Below are positions 17,684 to 26,302 of a DNA stretch of 34,657 bases, piece after piece; position 1 is the stretch's first letter, and the number at the start of each line of letters is the position of its first letter. The notes beneath the pieces were generated by a model. The model did no database searches, was not told the origin of the DNA, and saw only the letters and a program-made list of their open reading frames with translations. Location: positions 1 to 34,657 of the forward strand of contig CAZVPJ010000001.1 in NCBI GenBank assembly GCA_964629035.1, written 5' to 3'. A program made the translations under genes and the position numbers. The stretch is from an uncultured Thiotrichales bacterium (GTDB taxonomy: Bacteria; Pseudomonadota; Gammaproteobacteria; UBA4575).

Positions 17684-18831
17684 GCTGGATTTATATTATT
17701 ATTCAAATATTTTAAAAATCCATATAAAAATGCGATATTCATTAAGACGAAATAAATTAAAACCTTTAAAGTTTTTGGGAAATAATTAATACAAGCTTTG
17801 TACATACAAGCAATAGCAGCAGAATATATAATTAATTGAACGAATAGAGATATGCTATAAATACTTGCTTCACCAAGTATAAATACATTCGCCATGAGAC
17901 AGAGCAACATCAAATGAGGCGTAAACCATCTTAATACTTTATGCGAGAAGTATGTAAAAAAATATCTAAACTTATTAAATGGATTTAGTAACTCAAATAA
18001 TCTGAAAAATGCCTGATAGTTTCCAACCCCAATTCTTACTCTCCTGTTAAATTCCTGTTCAAGATCATCTGGCACATATTCAAGTGCTTTTGCTTTAGGT
18101 GCATACACAAGATCATAGCCTAGCAAGACAACATTGATCGCGATCATAAAATCATCCACAATAGTGTCTGTTGGGATTTTCTTAAATAGTTCGCGTCTTA
18201 TAGCATAAATAGCACCATTTGCTCCAAGCAAACCGTTTAGCTCTCCCTCTTTTTGCTTAATAAACTTCTCATATATCCAATAAATGCTGTCTTGATTTTC
18301 ACTACCAGAACTTGATTGAAGATTAAGCTCACCGCAAACACCTCCAACGTTACTTTTATTGAGCTTAGAGACTAACTCTATTACCGCAGACTCTGCAAAC
18401 ATCGTATTTGCATCAGTGAAAATCAATACATCTTCTTTCGTGTAGGAACATAGATCATTTAAGACTGACGTTTTACCTCTTCTCTCAGAGAATGGATAGA
18501 ATGTAAGACTGTCTAAATTATAATTCTCAATTAAAGTATTTGTTTTATCAGAACTTGCATCAGAACCTATATATATCATTAACTTATTTTTTGGGTAATT
18601 TAAGTTTTCAATATTTTTCAGCCTATTTATTATTTCCTTTTCCTCATTATACGCAGCAATAATGATAGCCACAGTTGGCATGTTATCTTCAAAGCTATCA
18701 GATTGATCTGCTCCATCATTCCTTTTAATAAAATATTTTGTTACGAGAACAAGAATTATCGGATAAGCAATATACGAATATAATATTAGGCCAATTGAAG
18801 ACCAAAATAGAATTTCCATTACCATACTCAC
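17659..18831 (-). CDS. Integral-membrane GT2 glycosyltransferase with synthase-like architecture (PgaC/NodC/BcsA-like topology)
   Basis: One N-terminal TM and 3-4 C-terminal TMs flank a GT-A domain. Motifs present: VAIIIAAYNEEKEI, GSDASSDKT, FTDANT (DxD-type) and TIVDDFMIAINVVLLGY (TED-type). The Q-x-x-R-W position reads RRVRIGVGNYQ, so Arg is kept but Gln and Trp are lost. Start is GTG 18831 or ATG 18825. Confidence 0.65.
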   Translation of the reverse strand: MSMVMEILFWSSIGLILYSYIAYPIILVLVTKYFIKRNDGADQSDSFEDNMPTVAIIIAAYNEEKEIINRLKNIENLNYPKNKLMIYIGSDASSDKTNTLIENYNLDSLTFYPFSERRGKTSVLNDLCSYTKEDVLIFTDANTMFAESAVIELVSKLNKSNVGGVCGELNLQSSSGSENQDSIYWIYEKFIKQKEGELNGLLGANGAIYAIRRELFKKIPTDTIVDDFMIAINVVLLGYDLVYAPKAKALEYVPDDLEQEFNRRVRIGVGNYQAFFRLFELLNPFNKFRYFFTYFSHKVLRWFTPHLMLLCLMANVFILGEASIYSISLFVQLIIYSAAIACMYKACINYFPKTLKVLIYFVLMNIAFLYGFLKYLNNNINPAWERTARE

Positions 18832-18863
18832 TTTTTTATATATTACTTAATCTATGATTGAGT

Positions 18864-19904
18864 TTATTTTTCAATAAGCGCGAGATAATTTTCTGCACAT
18901 TTATCTATACTAGTATTCTTAAGCGCCCATGCTCTTGAGTTCTCAGAAAATACAGACCACAAAGATCTATCAGACATTAAACGAGCAAGTGACTCTACAA
19001 ATCCATTTAAGTTTTCGAGTTTAATTACATAACCATTATAACCATCTGTGATTATTTCTGAATTACCACCCACGTCAGATACAAGACATGGCAGACCAGC
19101 GGCGACAGCTTCTAACAATGCTATAGAATGACCTTCACTCGTGCTGGTCATTAGGAATATGTCGGATTCGCATAGAAGTTTATGCACGTCATCTCTATCA
19201 CCTAGAAATGTAATTTCTGAATTCAGACCTTGCTTACTTACCATTTCTTGCAATCTTACCTTTTCTGGCCCATCACCAATGATATTTAAATGCAAACGCG
19301 TACCTTTTAATTTGCATTGCTGTACTATTTCGAGTGCGTAATCATAATTCTTAACAGCAGACAAACGTCCCACCATAATGATATTCCCGATATTTTTACC
19401 ACTTGAGAGAGACTTCTTTATTGGAATACCATTATGAATAACTATATTTTTAAATTTAAAGAGATTGCGATTTACAAAATTTGAGCTCTGAAATAACTCA
19501 GCTGAAACATTTACAATCTTATAAGAAAATATTGCGGACAAAGACCAATTAAGACCTCTAACATTATCCCCATGTCTTGTATTTATTATTCTAGAACGCA
19601 AAAAAGAAAGAGAGAACACCGCATAGATTAAAGGCTGACGATTATGGGAATGAATCAGCTCAGGTTTGATTTCACTTACAATAGAGTAAAGTTTAACTAG
19701 CTTACTAAAGGTGTTTTTAATATCGACAAGAGATGCATTTACTCTAACTCCCAGTTGCTTTGCTTTACTTTTTAAAACACCTGCAGATGTAGTGCATATA
19801 ATTGTGACGTCATGACCTGATTTAACTTGGCATGCAGCTAAATTTACAAGAAATACCTCTTGCCCTCCCCGCTCGAGAGAATCTACCAAATGAATTATTT
19901 TCAT
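18864..19904 (-). CDS. GT4-family (GT-B) glycosyltransferase
   Basis: Motifs present: MKIIHLVDSLERGGQE and the E-x7-E region TSEGHSIALLEAVAAGLPCLVSDVGGNSEII. ATG at 19904-19902 forms an ATGA overlap with the upstream TGA (19903-19901). The track's TTG at 19913 is the alternative start. Confidence 0.85.
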   Translation of the reverse strand: MKIIHLVDSLERGGQEVFLVNLAACQVKSGHDVTIICTTSAGVLKSKAKQLGVRVNASLVDIKNTFSKLVKLYSIVSEIKPELIHSHNRQPLIYAVFSLSFLRSRIINTRHGDNVRGLNWSLSAIFSYKIVNVSAELFQSSNFVNRNLFKFKNIVIHNGIPIKKSLSSGKNIGNIIMVGRLSAVKNYDYALEIVQQCKLKGTRLHLNIIGDGPEKVRLQEMVSKQGLNSEITFLGDRDDVHKLLCESDIFLMTSTSEGHSIALLEAVAAGLPCLVSDVGGNSEIITDGYNGYVIKLENLNGFVESLARLMSDRSLWSVFSENSRAWALKNTSIDKCAENYLALIEK

Positions 19905-20977
19905 TGCGAGCAATACGAAATGACTTCATCAGTATATTTGCCAAAGAATGGCTTACCCGCATACTGTGCAAACCGGATAGTTTGGTATTCTAAATTGATC
20001 TCTATTAAATGCCAGCGGGAATCTTTATCCATTGCTAGATCTAAGCTAACCAAACGTGCGTATGGAACTTTGTTGGCAACCTTTAAGGACTTTGTGATCA
20101 TTTGATTGTATTCAGGTAGGTGTGGGTATTCTTTAAAAACAATTTCTGAATTAGGATGCGAAAAATATTTCTTTCCATACTTATCGACAGCGTATTCATT
20201 AAGCTTTCCATCGTCACTCAAATTACATACGAGCCCGCCTTGTGTTTCATTATCTAGACTCCCATCTTTACCTATTCTTAAAGTGGAGTTTAGTATTTTA
20301 AAAGTTTCAGATTCAATACTTCTATAAGCGCATACTCTTATTGTATTCAAACCATAATCATGCAAGTCTCTAAAATAAGAATGTGGATTAAGAACAGGCT
20401 GCACAACACAATCTGTGTATAGCTTTAACGCTTTGCTTAAGTCTTGTGAATTATGTGCGAAATGTATATCACGACCACCCGCACTATCTATACTCTTTTT
20501 CAGTACTACCGGATATTCAATATTATCAATATATTCGGTGATTTGATTATTTTCTAACGCATCATGGTTAGCATCCACATATCGTCCTGATATCCTGTGC
20601 ATTACATCCTCTATAAAGTCACAGTCTTTAAATAAAATATTATAATATGATTTATGCTGAAAGAAATTTGGTGCAAATTCATTCAATTTCTTTTCTATTA
20701 CAAACTCATATATTTCTTCAGGCACAAAGCTCTTAAATTCTTTCCCTGAAATCGTATAACATGCGTTTAATGTATCTGTGCTAAATTTTCTGCCTAGTGC
20801 ATGCCAATATTTTTTATGCTCATCTGAAATAGATGATTCTTGCATGCCACCCACTGCGTTACTTACATTTATATGGCGAACAATCCATGCATTTTTAATA
20901 CCTCTATACCCATACCACGAGTAAAGATTAACGATTAACTTTTTAACAAAACCTTTAATTGTTTGTTGAATTGACAT
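19901..20977 (-). CDS. ATP-grasp enzyme of the sugar-transfer-associated type (ATPgrasp_ST / alpha-L-glutamate-ligase-like)
   Basis: Motifs present: YPVVLKKSIDSAGGRDIHF, RIGKDGSLDNETQGGLVCNLSDDGKL...YGKKYFSHPNS and the Mg-binding RWHLIEINLE (E-x-N). A GAGGA Shine-Dalgarno lies about 8 nt upstream of ATG 20977. Confidence 0.65.
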   Translation of the reverse strand: MSIQQTIKGFVKKLIVNLYSWYGYRGIKNAWIVRHINVSNAVGGMQESSISDEHKKYWHALGRKFSTDTLNACYTISGKEFKSFVPEEIYEFVIEKKLNEFAPNFFQHKSYYNILFKDCDFIEDVMHRISGRYVDANHDALENNQITEYIDNIEYPVVLKKSIDSAGGRDIHFAHNSQDLSKALKLYTDCVVQPVLNPHSYFRDLHDYGLNTIRVCAYRSIESETFKILNSTLRIGKDGSLDNETQGGLVCNLSDDGKLNEYAVDKYGKKYFSHPNSEIVFKEYPHLPEYNQMITKSLKVANKVPYARLVSLDLAMDKDSRWHLIEINLEYQTIRFAQYAGKPFFGKYTDEVISYCSQ

Positions 20978-21042
20978 TGATATATCCTCTATGTACCTTC
21001 ATTCTTATAAATATTCTCTGCAATATAAATTTATCAAACTGT

Positions 21043-22389
21043 CTAACTCAACAGAGATATCGTGACCCTATGCTTACCTGATTTTGTAAGTGGAATCTCG
21101 TCAACTATTTGAATATCTATTTCCACGCCATCTCCAATTACTTGATGTAGTGACTTTCTTATTTTCTCAATCTCATTATTATTAATATTCTCATTCACTT
21201 TAAGTTTTACTATTAATGAACTTAATTTTTCCTGAATCACCTGGAATTTCTCAATACCTGGAAAATCTTTTAAATAGTGCGGAAATAACTCACCCGGAAT
21301 AATTTTATTTTCTGGCGTCCTAATACAATCAAGTATCCGTCCCTCGACCGATTTCATTAGAGGTAGCCCTCTTCCACACTCACAAAGGTCGTCACTAAGA
21401 ATCACAAGGTCCTCATTCTTATAGCGTATAAATGGCATGCCATAGTTGTGCAAGTCCGTAATGACCAATTCACCTGATTCATTATGGACTTGTTGGCCTT
21501 GTTTATTTAGTGACTCTACAACCAGATGATCTATGTTTACATGAAGACCTTTTTTACGTTCACACTCTGAAGCTATGAGCATTACCTCACGACAGCCAAA
21601 AGTATTGTAGACCGTGGAAGAAAATGCCTCTTCTATTTGAACACGTTGAAAATCATATAATGGCTCAGCACCTGTAATAATTGATTTAGGTGGAAACAAT
21701 TTTATGTCATTTTCCAGCAACCAATTTGAAAGATGAACTATAGGGTTAACATACGACACAATCACATCTGGCTTTATTTTATTTACGAGCTCTACAAACT
21801 CACGCATCTTTGAATCATTTAAACCAAAACACGAAAACACATAGCGATTATAAAATTTGTTATATAAATTATCCTTAATTTTGCTGAAGGTGCTTGTGTC
21901 ATCTATATTTGTGCCCCACAAATAAACTGCTTTCGTACCTGGTGGCAAATTCGCCCAACTATACCCACGCCACATAACAGCATTTCTTCTACTGTAACTC
22001 TCCTGAGTATATGCCAAAGAAAGAGGTACTCCAGTTGAGCCTCCAGTAGTCTTCTTAATATGTGTCTTCTTATGTGGATGAGAGATTAGATCTTCGTAAT
22101 TTTCTCTTATGATAGTTTTTGTTAGTATCGGCAATTCACATAAATCATTTACATGTTTAAGATCATTAGGGTGAAAATCTATTTCTTTCCACAATTTATT
22201 ATAATAATCTACTTCTATATAAGAGAAATTGATTAAAGCTTTTAGTTTTCTAAATTGTAATTCAGAAATTTTTTCATGCGACCAGTACTGTTGCAGATTA
22301 TATTCATTAAGATATTTACTGGTATTTCTGTTATTAATAATCTTTTCATGAAAAGGAAATAGAAATTTTCTAAAAATAGACGCGTACAC
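21043..22389 (-). CDS. CapK/PaaK-like adenylate-forming enzyme (phenylacetate-CoA ligase family)
   Basis: GTG start at 22389. The N-terminus FRKFLFPFHEKIINNRNTSKYL...QFRKLKALI is typical of CapK-like proteins. The P-loop-like motif KTTGGSTGVPLSL matches T-S/G-G-S/T-T-G. The C-terminus has IPLTKSGKHR, the conserved Lys of the ANL C-terminal domain. Confidence 0.7.
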   Translation of the reverse strand: MYASIFRKFLFPFHEKIINNRNTSKYLNEYNLQQYWSHEKISELQFRKLKALINFSYIEVDYYNKLWKEIDFHPNDLKHVNDLCELPILTKTIIRENYEDLISHPHKKTHIKKTTGGSTGVPLSLAYTQESYSRRNAVMWRGYSWANLPPGTKAVYLWGTNIDDTSTFSKIKDNLYNKFYNRYVFSCFGLNDSKMREFVELVNKIKPDVIVSYVNPIVHLSNWLLENDIKLFPPKSIITGAEPLYDFQRVQIEEAFSSTVYNTFGCREVMLIASECERKKGLHVNIDHLVVESLNKQGQQVHNESGELVITDLHNYGMPFIRYKNEDLVILSDDLCECGRGLPLMKSVEGRILDCIRTPENKIIPGELFPHYLKDFPGIEKFQVIQEKLSSLIVKLKVNENINNNEIEKIRKSLHQVIGDGVEIDIQIVDEIPLTKSGKHRVTISLLS

Positions 22390-22407
22390 TTTAGATAAAC
22401 TCCTGAA

Positions 22408-23685
22408 TTACCAAAATAATCTAATTGAAATATATATCAAAACTATACTCGCAATGGTTGCAAACATGGTTGGCTTAATACAATCAACAAACTTCAACTG
22501 CTTAAAATTTGGAAAGTTATGCTTATATATTTGAGCAATTAAACCTGTAGACATGCCACAGATAATAAATAACAAAGGTTGAGTTGAACGTGAAATAAAA
22601 AATGCAGTGCCTGCATAACCAAGCAATGAATAAAGCATAGTGACAGACAATATTCTTAATTCATTATAATTAGTAATTTGTGCCTCACTTAACTCGTTTA
22701 GATCTGGTTTATATTTATATGCGAATTTGAACAATACATACATTGACATAAACAAGAACCCAACCCAAAAAAAGTAACCCGGTAATCCAATTTCTGCAAA
22801 TGTTTGAACATAAGAGCTGTGTGCAACTCTATGATGATGATCTGTAAATAAAGTATGTCCCACACCAAACAATGGATCAGACCTCAGCATATATATACCC
22901 TCTGTCCAGGCATCAACTCTGCCTGCTGCAGATGCTTCGCCAGAATTAATAGTCGAGAGACGGGTAGCCACGAAAGCAACTGGCACGATAACTCCTAACG
23001 CAGTTAACATCATTTTCCTGCTGTATCTATACCAACCATACAAACCGAACATCATGAATAACCCAAGAAGTGTTCCTCGTGAATCTGTTAAAATAATTGC
23101 ATATAAAACTGCACAAAGCCCACTCAACCACACAAGCTTGAGTATTTTGCTTTTATATTTTTTAGTTGTGTATAAAAAAAATGGTGCTGCCACTAAAAAA
23201 AGCATGCCTAAGTCATTCGGATCAGCAAACACACCTATATATCTAATTCTTAAACTATCTCCGCGTATCAATGGTGGCATACCTGTCCAACCTATACCGT
23301 TTTTTGCTTGTAAAATACCATGAACAGCCATTATTAATGCGCAAATAGCTATGAATTTAAAATAAAATTCCAAGCGCTTCTTATCAACAAACAAACACGA
23401 ACTTATAAAAAATAAAATGAGAAGCCTTGACAGCTCATTAAAAGTATCAGTGAGCCCTTGAAAATACCCAAAAGAAATATGAGATAACAATGCCCAGACA
23501 AAAAATCCGATCAGAAATCTTGTTTGGATGGTATTTATATTCTTATTATTTATTAGTAGATAAAATATTGCACATGTAGCCAATGTTACTAATAGCAAAC
23601 TTGTCTCTGCTGTTTCTGGTCGATATTCATGTAGTCGCAAAAAATATAAAGACAAATAAAACGCAAAAAGACCTGATAAAAGCAT
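22408..23685 (-). CDS. Wzy / O-antigen-ligase-like polymerase (Wzy_C domain membrane protein)
   Basis: About 10-12 TM helices. It contains TDSRGTLLGLFMMFGLY and the periplasmic loop FGVGHTLFTDHHHRVAHSSYVQTFAEIGLPGYF, which matches the A-H-N/S-x-Y-L-x-x-x-E-x-G-x-x-G signature. From memory, XrtA loci carry a dedicated subfamily (TIGR03097). Confidence 0.7.
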   Translation of the reverse strand: MLLSGLFAFYLSLYFLRLHEYRPETAETSLLLVTLATCAIFYLLINNKNINTIQTRFLIGFFVWALLSHISFGYFQGLTDTFNELSRLLILFFISSCLFVDKKRLEFYFKFIAICALIMAVHGILQAKNGIGWTGMPPLIRGDSLRIRYIGVFADPNDLGMLFLVAAPFFLYTTKKYKSKILKLVWLSGLCAVLYAIILTDSRGTLLGLFMMFGLYGWYRYSRKMMLTALGVIVPVAFVATRLSTINSGEASAAGRVDAWTEGIYMLRSDPLFGVGHTLFTDHHHRVAHSSYVQTFAEIGLPGYFFWVGFLFMSMYVLFKFAYKYKPDLNELSEAQITNYNELRILSVTMLYSLLGYAGTAFFISRSTQPLLFIICGMSTGLIAQIYKHNFPNFKQLKFVDCIKPTMFATIASIVLIYISIRLFW

Positions 23686-23697
23686 AGGTGAATACTA

Positions 23698-24828
23698 CTA
23701 TTTGACGTTTCTAAAGTATGGTAATAGAGCAAGTTTCCGCATGAACAAAGACTTTAATCCCTTATTCCAAACATCAATGTGAAACATGTCACTTGTCTCA
23801 CAACCATACTGGCTCTTGTAAGATCTCTCGCCTGCCATCATGAAATCATAGGTTGCCATACCTTTATCAATAGCATCTTTAATCGCTTCTGAATGCATCA
23901 AGACCCCTGGCTTCAAGGAGGAAAATTTCTTCATGTTCAGTCCTGATTGATAGTAGTAACAACTATCTGAAACATTATAGTTATAAAGCACCGCAACAAC
24001 TTCGTCTGCAATTCTAATTCTCAGCATATATAACATATTCTTCTTATTTAACAATTTTGCAACTTTACGATGAAACTCGTTAAATTCTCGACTTGTGAAT
24101 GCGCCCGGCTTACTTTTACTTTGCCAACTCTCTGAATGTAGCCTTGCCAGATCATTCATCGCTGAATCTATATCTTTTTCTTTATCAATAATTTGATATT
24201 GATAATTACTTTTATCTTCTTCTAGCTTTTTATGAGCCACTCTAATCGATCTTCGCATAGAAGCTTTTAAGGACTGATTGTACTTCTCCCACTGATCAGG
24301 TAATTTAATAAAATAACGTTTCCCACAATGTTTTTTTATTCCATGAAACTTTCTATCGACCATATGCTTTAAAAAAAAACGCATCAAACATGCATTTTCG
24401 AGTATTCTATGGAAACCTAGGCAGTCCCATAGCTTATCTTTAGAATCAAAATATGATGCTATTTCATAGCTGGCTGCATCCGCATATTCTGGCAATGAAA
24501 TAATATCCAAGTACTCTGAAAAAACTTCTTTGCTTTCAGGCTCACCAGTACCTATAAAATAAACTTTAGAATGCGGAAGTGGGAACACTCTTTTTCGAAT
24601 ATAGAGCGGGAGAATTGCTACTGTTTTTCCTATATCAGATATCTTTAAAATCAGTAGTGACGTAGATTTAGTGTTATATACTTCCCACCATGTATACATC
24701 CACTCCCAAGTAAGAAACGGAGGGCACTCAGGAAGCTTTTGAAGAATTTCATTCCAGCTATCCTTCAATAAATAAAAATCTTCGCTAGACTCTACTACAT
24801 GTAGCTGTAGGCTACGTTTTGACTTCAC
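23698..24828 (-). CDS. GNAT-fold acyl/aminoacyl transferase of the CelD/BioF2/FemAB-like type (Acetyltransf_6-like)
   Basis: GTG start at 24828. Motifs present: DSWNEILQKLPECPPFLTWEWMYTWWEVY, GKTVAILPLYIRK and the C-terminal ATYDFMMAGERSYKSQYGCE. A FemAB-related family is a known companion of PEP-CTERM loci. Confidence 0.55.
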   Translation of the reverse strand: MKSKRSLQLHVVESSEDFYLLKDSWNEILQKLPECPPFLTWEWMYTWWEVYNTKSTSLLILKISDIGKTVAILPLYIRKRVFPLPHSKVYFIGTGEPESKEVFSEYLDIISLPEYADAASYEIASYFDSKDKLWDCLGFHRILENACLMRFFLKHMVDRKFHGIKKHCGKRYFIKLPDQWEKYNQSLKASMRRSIRVAHKKLEEDKSNYQYQIIDKEKDIDSAMNDLARLHSESWQSKSKPGAFTSREFNEFHRKVAKLLNKKNMLYMLRIRIADEVVAVLYNYNVSDSCYYYQSGLNMKKFSSLKPGVLMHSEAIKDAIDKGMATYDFMMAGERSYKSQYGCETSDMFHIDVWNKGLKSLFMRKLALLPYFRNVK

Positions 24829-24855
24829 AAGCTAAATTATTGCTACATAAACTAT

Positions 24856-26241
24856 TTAGAAACTTGTATACGTTATTCCTAAACGAACACGGAACTCATC
24901 AAAGTCCTGCCCCGGGATTGTGCTATCCCGATCACGATACTCGAGAGTAGAATTTAAACTTAAGTTTTGACGTACGAAACGATCACCTCTTAACAAAATC
25001 AGCAAATCATCATCCTCTCGATCACCTAAGTCAAAATCTGTAGTGCGATATTCGCCAATTAATCCGAATGCTGTGCTACCCCCTACAGGTAAATTAAACT
25101 CAACTACACCACCATTTGTATCACGATCATTAATTTCAATTAAGTCATGAACATCCTCTCGCTGAAAATATTGAAAGCTTGTTTCAAGAGCTGAGAAGCG
25201 TTTATTAAAACCTACAAAAAAACCTTCACTCTCCACTGTGTCACCCGTGACATCAAATAAAATATCACCAATTGGTGTATTAGAAACGACCCCGGAGTTT
25301 CCTCCACCACCGATTCCACCAAATCCTTGGCCCAGGCCTATTTCAGAGCCACTAATGAGGTCATTTGTAGTATCCGTAAATTCTTTATAAGCTGTAATAT
25401 TAAGTGATGATGTAGAGTTCAGTATATAGTCCAAGTTAATTGAACTATTATTACCACCAGAATTTTGGTTTGGCCCCTCATCTCGTGTTATGTCTGTGTA
25501 TCCAACTTGAGCCACAATATTCAGAGACTGTCTTGCGAGAGCATATTCCAGAAAATAAGTTTCACGATCAAAGTCTATATTTCCCACTAGAAGATCAATA
25601 TTATTTTCATCGAAATCGGTATCCTCATACAAATAATTAAGTGACAAGGAGCTATTTGGGGTTAACTGACGCTCTATACCCACTACTGCTTGCAACCTGT
25701 CATTATCTATATCACTCTCTTCTGCATCAGTTCTAGAATACCTGGCTTCAAAAATTAAATTAGTTCTATTGAAGATGCGCGGAGTAAAACTGGGGCCAGT
25801 TGAAAACGTATTGATATCCTGACTATTGCTTTCATTTGGCTGAGCGCGTATGTCGATTGGAAACTCACTATTAAAACGATCCTCAACTGACCACTCGAAC
25901 AGTCCTGGAGCTATTTTCCAATTTAATAACCCATCAATATCAAAGTTATTATTACTTCCTTGATCTCCGCTCAGACGACTTCTATATTGATTGAGAAGTC
26001 CAATTTGTGCGTCAAAATTGGGACCCTCATGGATAGCGTTAATTGAACCACGAGGAATCAAGAATGTTGCATCATCGTCATCACCATCACTATCGGCACG
26101 ATTGATATTATCTGAATATTCCACATCCGCACCTAGTGACCATTGTGTTTGCCAAGCGGCACCAACTGGACTCGCAATAAACCCAAAGAGAATAATGGCG
26201 AGAAAAATGTTTTTATCTCTGGAAGAATTAAAAATGAACAT
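24856..26241 (-). CDS. epsL: Outer-membrane beta-barrel protein, EpsL-like (PEP-CTERM-system-associated OMP)
   Basis: Signal peptide ...FGFIASPVGA|AW, an alternating beta-strand pattern, and the terminal GITYTSF (a C-terminal aromatic residue, typical of OM barrels). Its position directly after the PCP/kinase pair matches the TIGR03016-type family. Confidence 0.6.
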   Translation of the reverse strand: MFIFNSSRDKNIFLAIILFGFIASPVGAAWQTQWSLGADVEYSDNINRADSDGDDDDATFLIPRGSINAIHEGPNFDAQIGLLNQYRSRLSGDQGSNNNFDIDGLLNWKIAPGLFEWSVEDRFNSEFPIDIRAQPNESNSQDINTFSTGPSFTPRIFNRTNLIFEARYSRTDAEESDIDNDRLQAVVGIERQLTPNSSLSLNYLYEDTDFDENNIDLLVGNIDFDRETYFLEYALARQSLNIVAQVGYTDITRDEGPNQNSGGNNSSINLDYILNSTSSLNITAYKEFTDTTNDLISGSEIGLGQGFGGIGGGGNSGVVSNTPIGDILFDVTGDTVESEGFFVGFNKRFSALETSFQYFQREDVHDLIEINDRDTNGGVVEFNLPVGGSTAFGLIGEYRTTDFDLGDREDDDLLILLRGDRFVRQNLSLNSTLEYRDRDSTIPGQDFDEFRVRLGITYTSF

Positions 26242-26302
26242 AAAGAGCCTTATAGTGGGTTAATTTAGCCCTTACATAACAATACGTTAACTATTACATT
26301 AA

